Origin: Allobaculum fili
GTDB taxonomy: Bacteria; Bacillota_I; Bacilli_A; Erysipelotrichales; Erysipelotrichaceae
Length of the DNA: 32,000 nucleotides
Assembly (NCBI RefSeq): GCF_020969955.1
Contig: NZ_JAHDSX010000013.1
Location: 21,056-53,055 of the forward strand
Reading direction: 5' to 3'
Below are positions 9,190 through 16,523 of this stretch, piece by piece; the first letter of the stretch is position 1, and the number at the start of each line of letters is the position of its first letter. A model generated the notes under the pieces. It did no database searches. It saw only the letters and a program-made list of their open reading frames with translations, and was not told the origin of the DNA. The translations under genes were made by a program, and so were the position numbers.

Positions 9190-9430
9190 AGGGGTTGCGT
9201 TCGGAAATCAGAAAAGAGAACCGCGCCTTTTGCATGGTGTAAAATGCGGTCTGGCGCATGGAAAAGGCTCTGTGCAGCTTCTGATTTCGCCTTTATGGAA
9301 GGAAAAACTGGATATTCCAGATCGTCTGTTGAAGTGAACGCAGCGGATCGCATGAAAACCGATCCGTTCGATCCTGTATCTCAGACCTGGATCGATCAGA
9401 ATGAAGAAAAGATAGGAGAAACCTGCATTT

Positions 9431-10843
9431 ATGGCATTTGAATCTCTTTCCGATAAGCTCAGTAAAACCCTGAAGAAAATTACAGGCAAAGGAAAACTGA
9501 CGGAATCCAACATGAATGACATGCTCAAGGAAGTGCGCATGTCTCTGCTTGAAGCCGACGTAAACTACCAGGTCGTCAAGGACTTCATCGCCAGCATCAA
9601 GGAAAAGGCGATGGGTACCGAAGTCATGGAATCGCTCAATCCGGGACAGATGGTTGTCAAGATTGTCCGCGAGGAACTCGTCAACCTGTTAGGTCCGGAA
9701 GACGCGAAGCTGATCCTGAATGAAAACGGCATCACCAGCGTGATGATGGTCGGCCTTCAGGGTACCGGTAAAACGACCGCGTCCGCCAAGATCGCCCGTT
9801 TTGTGAAAGAAAAACTCAAGAAAAAAGTCCTGCTCGCTGCCTGCGACGTCGTTCGTCCGGCTGCGATTGAACAGCTGAAAACCCTCGGCGCGTCCATTGG
9901 CGTCGAAGTCTTCTCGCTCGGCGCCGAAACTCCGGCAGTAGAAACCGCCAGAGCAGCCAAAGCCTATGCCAGCCAGAACGGCTTTGACATGATCATCTTC
10001 GATACCGCCGGCCGTCTGCACATCGATGAAGCGCTGATGGAAGAACTCAGCGAGATGAAGCAGGAAATCGAACCGCAGGATATCCTGCTGACGGTCGATG
10101 CGATGACCGGTCAGGATATCGTCACGGTAGCTAAGGAATTCAACGAAAAACTCGAAATCACCGGCCTTGTTGTAACGAAGATGGACGGCGACGCACGAGG
10201 CGGCGGTCTTCTTTCCGTTCGCTCCATCACGTCCGTACCGGTTCTCTTTGTATCGAGCGGTGAAAAAGTCGACGATCTTGAAGAGTTCCATCCGGATCGT
10301 ATGGCAGACCGTATCCTCGGCATGGGCGACATGATCTCCCTGATCGAACAGGCACAGGATAAGCTCGATGAAAAAGTGGCGAAGGAATCCGCTGAGCGCA
10401 TGATGGCCGGTGTCTTCACTTTCAACGACATGCTTGCCCAGTACGATCAGATTTCCCGCCTTGGATCGCTTTCCGGCGTTCTTGGCAAAATCCCAGGCAT
10501 GGGCAAGATGGGCGCGAAGCTCGATGACGACAAGGTCAACAACCAGATCCTGCACTTCAAGGCCATGATCCAGTCCATGACCCCGTGGGAAAGAGAACAT
10601 CCCGACTGCATTAAGAGCAGCCGCAAGATTCGTATCGCCCGCGGTTCCGGCATGAAAGTTGCCGACGTCAACAAGCTGATCGAACAGCAGAAGCAGATGT
10701 CGAGCCTTTCCAAGATGATGTCTTCCGGCATGGGCGGCCTCAACCCGTTTGCGGCGATGCGCCGCGGCGGCGGAATGCCCGGCGCTTCCAAACACGCGGG
10801 AAGCAAAAAAGTGAAGAAATCCAAGAAGAAAAAGAAAAAATAA
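9431..10843 (+). CDS. ffh: Signal recognition particle protein Ffh
   Basis: MAFESLSDKLSKTLKKITGKGKLTE... is followed by GTPase motifs (GLQGTGKTT, DTAGRL, TKMDGDARGG) and a Met-rich M domain. The protein ends in an unusual oligo-Lys tail. Confidence 0.97.
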   Translation: MAFESLSDKLSKTLKKITGKGKLTESNMNDMLKEVRMSLLEADVNYQVVKDFIASIKEKAMGTEVMESLNPGQMVVKIVREELVNLLGPEDAKLILNENGITSVMMVGLQGTGKTTASAKIARFVKEKLKKKVLLAACDVVRPAAIEQLKTLGASIGVEVFSLGAETPAVETARAAKAYASQNGFDMIIFDTAGRLHIDEALMEELSEMKQEIEPQDILLTVDAMTGQDIVTVAKEFNEKLEITGLVVTKMDGDARGGGLLSVRSITSVPVLFVSSGEKVDDLEEFHPDRMADRILGMGDMISLIEQAQDKLDEKVAKESAERMMAGVFTFNDMLAQYDQISRLGSLSGVLGKIPGMGKMGAKLDDDKVNNQILHFKAMIQSMTPWEREHPDCIKSSRKIRIARGSGMKVADVNKLIEQQKQMSSLSKMMSSGMGGLNPFAAMRRGGGMPGASKHAGSKKVKKSKKKKKK

Positions 10844-10860
10844 AAATAAGCAAATACGAA

Positions 10861-10925
10861 AAAAAGCTCCCGTCGAAGAGATGCGCGAAAAAAAACAGAC
10901 GTACAGTTCGAAAAGGGAGCTTTTT
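10861..10925. terminator. Possible bidirectional terminator-like hairpin after ffh
   Basis: AAAAAGCTCCC (10861-10871) pairs with GGGAGCTTTTT (10915-10925). The loop is long (43 nt), so confidence is modest. Confidence 0.35.
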
Positions 10926-11126
10926 GCATGGAGGGCTGTTCCTGCTTTTTCAAACAGATCCATGCGAGAATGGCCAATACCATCCCAAAACAGACACTTT
11001 GCCTGCGCGCATTCTGAAATACCGGTTTCTTTTCCTTCTGTATTTTGCGGCGTAAGGAAAGCCGATACAATTTCTCCATATTCTCCATATAAGGGAGAAG
11101 CAAAAACGGAAAACCAGGAGAAGAAA

Positions 11127-11406
11127 CTGCTTCATGGCGACTATACTCTGGAGCAGAAAGTCGAAATCGCAAAGTGGCGCATTGAACATGACCGGGATTA
11201 TCACGCAGCCGCCAGAAAGTCTGGCTGTACGTTTTCCATGGTTTACCGCCTGAGGTTTACCGCCTGACGCGCATCGCGCACCCAGGGCTATGAAGTACTG
11301 GACAGATCATGAAAAAAGAGCAGGCAGATCCGGACTGGATTTTGTAAAAGCCGTACAGGATTCTGTTTCCAATAATACCTGGCAAATACGAAAAAACGAA
11401 GCATAA
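11127..11406 (+). pseudogene. Degenerate helix-turn-helix-like coding remnants (two short frames, no convincing start)
   Basis: Frame 0 reads ...LLHGDYTLEQKVEIAKWRIEHDRDYHAAARKSGCTFSMVYRL, which resembles the N-terminal HTH of IS3-type OrfA or small DNA-binding proteins. A 38-aa frame (11290-11406, MKYWTDHEKRAGRSGLDFVKAVQDS...) follows. No canonical start codon sits behind the AGGAG at 11116. A 14-nt duplication disrupts the junction between the two frames. Confidence 0.3.
11240..11267 (+). repeat. Exact 14-nt tandem duplication (GGTTTACCGCCTGA x2)
   Basis: Read directly: 11240-11253 and 11254-11267 are identical. Confidence 0.95.
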
Positions 11407-11434
11407 AAGCATAAAAGAAGACGAGGAGAAGACG

Positions 11435-12079
11435 ATGAAGAAAACCCGAATCATTCGCTGGCTGCGCAAGACGTTCATGTACATGCTGCCAAGACGAAAC
11501 GTACCGTCCATTCAGAATCTGGCCAGACGCTTTGAAGAAGAACTGGCGGATCGGACCTTCATTTATTCATTTAATGAAGTGGACGCGAATGGAAAGCGCA
11601 ATGGGAAGTCCTTTTCGGCGCCGGTTGAATTTGAACGGTCCGGCTTCTGCCATCTCTTTTCCATCGGCTCGATCGTCAAAAATCAGCTGAGCGATCTGAG
11701 CGAATTTTCCGGCATCCGCGGCTGGAACAACATCCAGAACGGAAAGATCACGTTCGCAAAACTGGCTAAAAGCTGTCCGGAAGAGTTTCAGTACTATAAG
11801 CACGAATACGAAATGATCGAACAGATGATCGAAACGGCCAAAAATCCGCAGGCGGTCCTTTTCGATCCGTCCAAGGCGGGCAGCACAAAGCTGCAGGCCA
11901 AAGTGATTCTGTATCGCATTTACGGGGACGAAACGGTCCATATCGGTCTCGATGAAGGAAAGGACGGCTGGTTTGTGCGCAGCTATTTCATTCGAAGCAA
12001 CGACCGGGACCGGGCGTATCCGACCAAATACATCGCAAAAATGACGCCTCTCGATGTGAAAGTACGTGTCAAGCATTAA
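11435..12079 (+). CDS. Uncharacterised 214-aa protein, possibly a BECR-fold (Barnase/EndoU/ColicinE5-D/RelE-like, PBECR4-like) nuclease domain protein
   Basis: A strong GAGGAG RBS lies 7 nt upstream of the ATG, and codon usage resembles the flanking core genes. The segment VEFERSGFCHLFSIGSIV and the C-terminal HIGLDEGKDGWFVRSYFIRS are reminiscent, from memory only, of the F-x-HL-x-GI and S-x-F signatures of PBECR4-type proteins. There is no TM segment or signal peptide. Confidence 0.6.
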   Translation: MKKTRIIRWLRKTFMYMLPRRNVPSIQNLARRFEEELADRTFIYSFNEVDANGKRNGKSFSAPVEFERSGFCHLFSIGSIVKNQLSDLSEFSGIRGWNNIQNGKITFAKLAKSCPEEFQYYKHEYEMIEQMIETAKNPQAVLFDPSKAGSTKLQAKVILYRIYGDETVHIGLDEGKDGWFVRSYFIRSNDRDRAYPTKYIAKMTPLDVKVRVKH

Positions 12080-12087
12080 TGCTTGAC
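12068..12087. repeat. Perfect 20-bp palindrome GTCAAGCATTAATGCTTGAC
   Basis: Read directly. It contains the TAA stop of the 214-aa ORF at its centre, and its right arm supplies most of the -35 box (TTGAC) of the rpsP promoter. Confidence 0.95.
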
Positions 12088-12110
12088 GGCTCATTCTGAT
12101 GTGGTATTCT
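12083..12110 (+). promoter_or_regulatory. Candidate promoter of the rpsP operon
   Basis: TTGACG (12083-12088), 16-nt spacer, TGgTATTCT (extended -10, 12105-12110). Confidence 0.5.
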
Positions 12111-12143
12111 AATCAGGCAAAAACACGAAAGGAAACATTAATC

Positions 12144-12413
12144 ATGGTAAAACTGCGTTTAAGAAGAATGGGTAAGAAAGGACAGCCTTTCTACCGTATT
12201 GTTGCTGCGGATTCCAGAAGCCCGCGTGACGGCCGTTTCATCGAAGAAATCGGCACATATAACCCAATTAAGAAAGATGCTCCGGTTGTGCTCAACCACG
12301 AAGCTGCTCTCAAATGGCTCCAGGCTGGCGCTCAGCCTTCCGATACGGTTCGCAGCATTCTTTCCCGCGAAGGCGTAATGAAAGCCTTCCACGAATCCAA
12401 ACTCGGAAAGTAA
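12144..12413 (+). CDS. rpsP: 30S ribosomal protein S16
   Basis: [41 protein letters not shown]... The start is chosen at the internal ATG at 12144, behind the AAAGGAAA RBS. Confidence 0.97.
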   Translation: MVKLRLRRMGKKGQPFYRIVAADSRSPRDGRFIEEIGTYNPIKKDAPVVLNHEAALKWLQAGAQPSDTVRSILSREGVMKAFHESKLGK

Positions 12414-12417
12414 GACA

Positions 12418-12666
12418 ATGATTGATCTGGAAAAAACCCTGTATGATCTGTGTGAACCACTGACAGATCACCCGCAGGCTCTGTCGGTCAAAACCATGGC
12501 TTCGGCCAGCGACAAGGAAATCCTGTTGTATGTATATGCCGACGACAAGGATATTGCCAGACTGATCGGCCGCAAAGGCGTTATCGCCGGCGCTCTGCGC
12601 TCCATGATGTCCGCAGCGGCACGCTCGATCCACAAGCGCATTCTTGTGAAGTTCGAAGCCTATTAA
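12418..12666 (+). CDS. KH domain RNA-binding protein (YlqC family)
   Basis: 82 aa with KDIARLIGRKGVIAGALRSMM (the GXXG KH motif). The position directly after rpsP is conserved. Confidence 0.9.
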   Translation: MIDLEKTLYDLCEPLTDHPQALSVKTMASASDKEILLYVYADDKDIARLIGRKGVIAGALRSMMSAAARSIHKRILVKFEAY

Positions 12667-12677
12667 TAAAGACCAGA

Positions 12678-12706
12678 AAGCTGCAGGAAACCCTGCAGCT
12701 TTTTTC
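12678..12706 (+). terminator. Intrinsic terminator or attenuator between the KH gene and rimM
   Basis: AAGCTGCAGG-AAAC-CCTGCAGCTT is followed by TTTTT, immediately before the rimM RBS. Confidence 0.6.
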
Positions 12707-12720
12707 AAAGGAGAAACACG

Positions 12721-13218
12721 ATGATTCGAATCGCAAAGATTATCAATACCCGCGGCCTGAAAGGGGAATGCAAGGTCATGCTCTTCACCGATCAGGAAGA
12801 CGTGCGGTTTGCGAAAGGCAACACCCTCTACCTGGCCGATCATACGAAGCTGACCGTCGATAATTATTCGGTCTACAAAGGCTTTGGCTATGTTCGCTTC
12901 AAGGAAATCACGACCATTGAACAGGCGGAAAAGCTGAAAAACCAGACGCTGTATCTGCCCGAAGAAGAACTCGGCGAACTCGAAGAAGGCGAATACTACT
13001 ACCACCAGCTTAACGGCTGCGATGTGTATACAACGGAAGGCGAACTGACCGGAAAGGTTACCGACATTCTTGAAACCGGCGCCAATCTGGTGCTTCGCGT
13101 TACCGATCCCAAAGACAGGAAGAAAAGCTACCTGCTTCCATTTGTCGAAGCCTTCGTGCGCACGGTGGATCCCGAAGAAAAGAAAATTGTGATTGAAGAT
13201 ATGGAAGGGCTCCGATGA
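12721..13218 (+). CDS. rimM: Ribosome maturation factor RimM
   Basis: IAKIINTRGLKGECKV... is followed by a PRC-barrel-like C-terminus (YYYHQLNGCDVYT..GELTGKVTDILETGANLVLRV). The stop overlaps the trmD start (ATGA). Confidence 0.93.
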   Translation: MIRIAKIINTRGLKGECKVMLFTDQEDVRFAKGNTLYLADHTKLTVDNYSVYKGFGYVRFKEITTIEQAEKLKNQTLYLPEEELGELEEGEYYYHQLNGCDVYTTEGELTGKVTDILETGANLVLRVTDPKDRKKSYLLPFVEAFVRTVDPEEKKIVIEDMEGLR

Positions 13219-14030
13219 AAATTTCGATTCTTACTCTGTTTCCAGAATATTTTGAAGGGATGATGAAGACGTCCATCCTTTCGCGTGCCATCGACAAAGG
13301 TCTGATTGAAGTCGAACTCGTCAACTTCCGCGACTTTACCCAGTCCAAACACGGTCACGTGGACGATACGCCCTATGGCGGAGGCGCGGGGATGGTGCTC
13401 ATGTGCCAGCCGGTCCTCGATGCCCTCGAATCGGTACGCACACCGAACAGCGTCGTCGCACTTTTAAGTCCGCAGGGAAGCCGCTTTTCGCACGAAAAAG
13501 CGCTCGAGCTTTCCAAACTGGAGCATCTGATTCTTATTTGCGGCCATTACGAAGGCTTTGATGAGCGCATCCGTGCGCACGCCGATATTCAGCTTTCCCT
13601 CGGCGATTTTGTACTGACAGGCGGCGAACCGGCTGCGGCAGCAATGTGCGATGCCATTTTCCGTCTGGTGGACGGAGTGATCAAAAAGGATTCGAGCAGC
13701 GACGATTCCTTTTATAACGGTCTTCTCGAATACCCCCAGTACACCAAACCGGCTGTTTACGACGGACAGGAAGTTCCGGAAGTTCTCCTTTCCGGTCATC
13801 ATGCCAACATCCAGAAATGGCGCCGGCAGCAGGCGCTCAAAAATACGCTGCTCCATCGGCCGGATCTGCTCGAAAAGGCGGATCTGTCCCGTCAGGACTG
13901 GATTTATCTCGAAGATCTCAAGGAAGAACTGCGCACCGCGGCTTCTGAAAATGAAACAGAAGCCGACGCAAAGGCAGCGGATGCAGCCGACGGGATCGAT
14001 ACCGTTGCAGAAGCAAACAGCAATGACTGA
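13215..14030 (+). CDS. trmD: tRNA (guanine37-N1)-methyltransferase TrmD
   Basis: MKISILTLFPEYFEG...DDTPYGGGAGMVL...ICGHYEGFDERI...SLGDFVLTGGE. It carries an additional acidic C-terminal tail of about 30 aa. Confidence 0.95.
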   Translation: MKISILTLFPEYFEGMMKTSILSRAIDKGLIEVELVNFRDFTQSKHGHVDDTPYGGGAGMVLMCQPVLDALESVRTPNSVVALLSPQGSRFSHEKALELSKLEHLILICGHYEGFDERIRAHADIQLSLGDFVLTGGEPAAAAMCDAIFRLVDGVIKKDSSSDDSFYNGLLEYPQYTKPAVYDGQEVPEVLLSGHHANIQKWRRQQALKNTLLHRPDLLEKADLSRQDWIYLEDLKEELRTAASENETEADAKAADAADGIDTVAEANSND

Positions 14031-14090
14031 TCCGGGATCGCTCCTGCCGATCGGTTTACAGAATTCAGGGATTTATACGTTTTAAAAAGA

Positions 14091-14124
14091 AGGCCTTCGC
14101 TCGATCGGAAAGCGAAGGCTTTTG
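14091..14124 (+). terminator. Intrinsic terminator after trmD
   Basis: AGGCCTTCGCT-cgatcggaa-AGCGAAGGCTT is followed by TTTTG. Confidence 0.7.
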
Positions 14125-14306
14125 TGCGTGCGCCCGTTGGAAAACCTGACTCGCTTCGGTGTCTGAAGATGCGGGCGCTTTCATCTTCTTAAGATGAAAG
14201 CTATAAAAATGAGGATAGTCTGCGCCCTTAACAAACGCTTTGGAAAGAGAGGGCCGTCATCGTATGCTCTCTTTGCGCTTAGTGTAAAAATCGTTAAGAT
14301 AAGCGT

Positions 14307-15629
14307 ATGAGTTCAAATCCGACCAGCATGAATAAGAAAAATCCAAAGAAGAGCGGATCGCGTTCCGCTTCTTCTTCCTCTATATCCAAACCGAAACCCA
14401 AGGCGGCCTCTGCCTCTTCCAGATCGGCAAATACAGCCCGATCCGCAAAGACAGCCCGGACGAACGCTTCAAAAACCAGATCCGCTGCGCCCAAAAAGCC
14501 GCAGCCCGCTGGAAAGAAGTCCCGGAAAAAGGCACCGAAACGCCGTCTTCGCCGCGATCGAGTGGCCATCCTGGGTCTGTGTACAGTCCTCCTGATTGGC
14601 GGCGGCATTTACGGTCTGGCCCGTTTTAACGTGTTTTCCCGTCTGCAGGACGCCATTTCCACAAATCGGACTGCAAGCCCGAATGCAGCCCGTCATGACG
14701 ATATCGTTGCCGGCATCAAGACGATGAACGCGCTCGATACCGTCGACAACGTCTCCATTCTTTCCGATGACGAACTGCGCGACTGCTTCTTTTCTTCAGA
14801 AATCGATGACAGGATCAGCGAACGCTTAAAGAAGATGGGCTATACCGATCAGATCCCGCTCGAAGATCTGCGCTATGTGCGGGTGCTTTTTTATGATTTT
14901 GAAGGCAAAGCCAAAGTCGGCGAAATTGTCGTCAATAAGGAGATTGCCGAAAAGACCGAAAACGTCTTCTACGATCTGTATACCCACCGCTATCCGATTC
15001 AGAAAATGATCCTGCCGGACGCCTACGGCACCCGCATTTCCGAATCCTTCTCCGATAACAACACCGTCGGCCTCTGTTTTGGTCTTGGCGAAGACAGCCG
15101 CGGCGACGTGCACGAGATGGGCTATGCGATCGACCTGAACCCGCTCTATAACCCGCTGATCAAGGATAACGGATCAAGTCTGAGCGTCTTCCCGATGGAA
15201 GGACAGCTGTATCTCGACCGTACGATCAACGGCGACCATTATATTTACGCTGATGACTATGCGGTTACGGCGTTCGTGAAGGAAGGCTTCGTCTGGAAAG
15301 GCGATGTCGCCGGCATGAATGACTACAAGCACTTTGAATACCCGCACGCTTCCACAACCCGCAAGCAGGTCAGTTCGCAGGAAAGCGAAAATACTGAAGC
15401 CGAAAACGCGCAGGTCGAAGAGCCGATTGTAAACGAAGAGCCGGTGGAAGAAACGCCGGATGTCGTAGAAGATCCCGGCTATGTCGATCCGGGAATCCAG
15501 GACCCAGGCTACGTCGATCCTGGCTATGATGACGGCTCGAATATCTATGACCCAGGCGTCGCTGATCCGCAGCCGGAAGAACCGCAGCCCGAAGAGCCGG
15601 TTATCCCCGATATTCCGCCAGAAGCCTGA
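14307..15629 (+). CDS. Membrane-anchored M15-family (VanY/D-Ala-D-Ala carboxypeptidase-like) zinc peptidase with low-complexity termini
   Basis: A basic Ser/Lys-rich N-terminus is followed by one TM segment (VAILGLCTVLLIGGGIYGLARF). The H-x6-D zinc motif is in DVHEMGYAIDLN, with a later His in DYKHFEY. The C-terminus has DPGYVDPG and PQPEEP repeats. The RBS is weak, so the start is uncertain. Confidence 0.7.
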   Translation: MSSNPTSMNKKNPKKSGSRSASSSSISKPKPKAASASSRSANTARSAKTARTNASKTRSAAPKKPQPAGKKSRKKAPKRRLRRDRVAILGLCTVLLIGGGIYGLARFNVFSRLQDAISTNRTASPNAARHDDIVAGIKTMNALDTVDNVSILSDDELRDCFFSSEIDDRISERLKKMGYTDQIPLEDLRYVRVLFYDFEGKAKVGEIVVNKEIAEKTENVFYDLYTHRYPIQKMILPDAYGTRISESFSDNNTVGLCFGLGEDSRGDVHEMGYAIDLNPLYNPLIKDNGSSLSVFPMEGQLYLDRTINGDHYIYADDYAVTAFVKEGFVWKGDVAGMNDYKHFEYPHASTTRKQVSSQESENTEAENAQVEEPIVNEEPVEETPDVVEDPGYVDPGIQDPGYVDPGYDDGSNIYDPGVADPQPEEPQPEEPVIPDIPPEA

Positions 15630-15925
15630 TCTTTGAAGAAAGCGTAATTTTATAAAAAGCAGAAAACGAAACCGTTCTGCACGCCTTTTGATCGCTTTGC
15701 TTCCAGGGATTTACAAAACCAATGACTTAACGGTCAGATCTGGCACTCTAAAAGCAGCAGATCCCCGTCACGCTTAACGATTTTCTCTCAGGGAAATGGA
15801 TGCGTACCAGGACGGGGCCTTTCTATGTCTGGAGGGCCGCTTAAACCGCCTGCCCGACGATCTGGAAAGACAGGAGAATCACGGCTTTTTCTGCAAATTT
15901 TCCCGGACACAGAAATAGAAAATAT

Positions 15926-15954
15926 TTGCCTGTCCCGGTGCAAAATGATAAACT
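15926..15954 (+). promoter_or_regulatory. Candidate promoter of rplS
   Basis: TTGCCT (15926-15931), 17-nt spacer, TGaTAAACT (extended -10, 15949-15954). Confidence 0.5.
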
Positions 15955-16037
15955 TTCAACGATTCTGCGGATTCCGCTGACAGATACCATGGTTATGAAT
16001 CTTCAAAAGGCAGAAGCGTGTATAAAAGGAGAACGAA

Positions 16038-16388
16038 ATGAATCTTAACCTCGTTAACGAAGTGGCTAAGAACCAGCTTCGCAATGACATCCCGGAATTC
16101 CGTTCCGGATCCACTGTACGTGTTCACGTTCGCATCAAAGAAGGCGAAAAGAGCCGTATCCAGGTATTTGAAGGTGTAGTTACCGAACGCAAAGGCGGAG
16201 GAATCGGCGAAACATTCACTGTTCGTAAGATTTCCAACGGTGTAGGCGTTGAGCGTAAATTCCCGCTCCACTCCCCAATCATCGACAAGATCGAAGTTGT
16301 TCGTCACGGTAAAGTACGTCGTAACAAACTGCGTTACCTCAGAAACCGCTCCGGTAAGTCCGCTCGTCTTAAAGAAGTACGTCGCTAA
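16038..16388 (+). CDS. rplS: 50S ribosomal protein L19
   Basis: ...[31 protein letters not shown]...[21 protein letters not shown]... AAAGGAG is the RBS. Confidence 0.97.
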   Translation: MNLNLVNEVAKNQLRNDIPEFRSGSTVRVHVRIKEGEKSRIQVFEGVVTERKGGGIGETFTVRKISNGVGVERKFPLHSPIIDKIEVVRHGKVRRNKLRYLRNRSGKSARLKEVRR

Positions 16389-16397
16389 AAACAAAAG

Positions 16398-16427
16398 CCC
16401 GAGATTTGAAAATCTCGGGTTTTCTTT
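16398..16427. terminator. Bidirectional intrinsic terminator shared by rplS and the convergent MBL gene
   Basis: AAAAGCCCGAGATTT-gaa-AATCTCGGGTTTTC, with an A-run on one side and a U-run on the other. Confidence 0.85.
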
Positions 16428-16523
16428 CGCTTTTCCAGACGAATTCGGGAAAAGATTCTGTCTGCGGCCTTGTGCGGCTTTGTGTATTCGTCCGTCCTAT
16501 ATTGCCTTCTCGATTTGAGGAGG

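Noticed and set aside
9164-9430. Possible SRP (4.5S/scRNA) gene next to ffh.
   Set aside because: The conserved domain IV sequence (GGAA-tetraloop helix with the symmetric and asymmetric loop motifs, AGGUCCGGAAGGAAGCAGC-like) is not present. Only a fortuitous GGAAGGAAAA occurs.
9244-9441. A 65-aa ORF upstream of ffh was considered as ylxM.
   Set aside because: Its translation bears no resemblance to the YlxM/p13 HTH pattern, it lacks an RBS, and it overlaps the ffh start. The region was treated as a non-coding leader.
10447-11172. A minus-strand ORF whose upstream part (MENMEKLYRLSLRRK...VCFGMVLAILAWICL) looks like a small membrane protein.
   Set aside because: It has no stop codon before it runs several hundred nucleotides antisense into ffh, and no Shine-Dalgarno sequence. 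The apparent TM stretch is probably fortuitous.
14300-14326. tRNA-like T-loop string GAGTTCAAATCCGACC.
   Set aside because: The flanking bases cannot form a T-stem or acceptor stem, and the string is the first codons (MSSNPT) of the M15 peptidase ORF.
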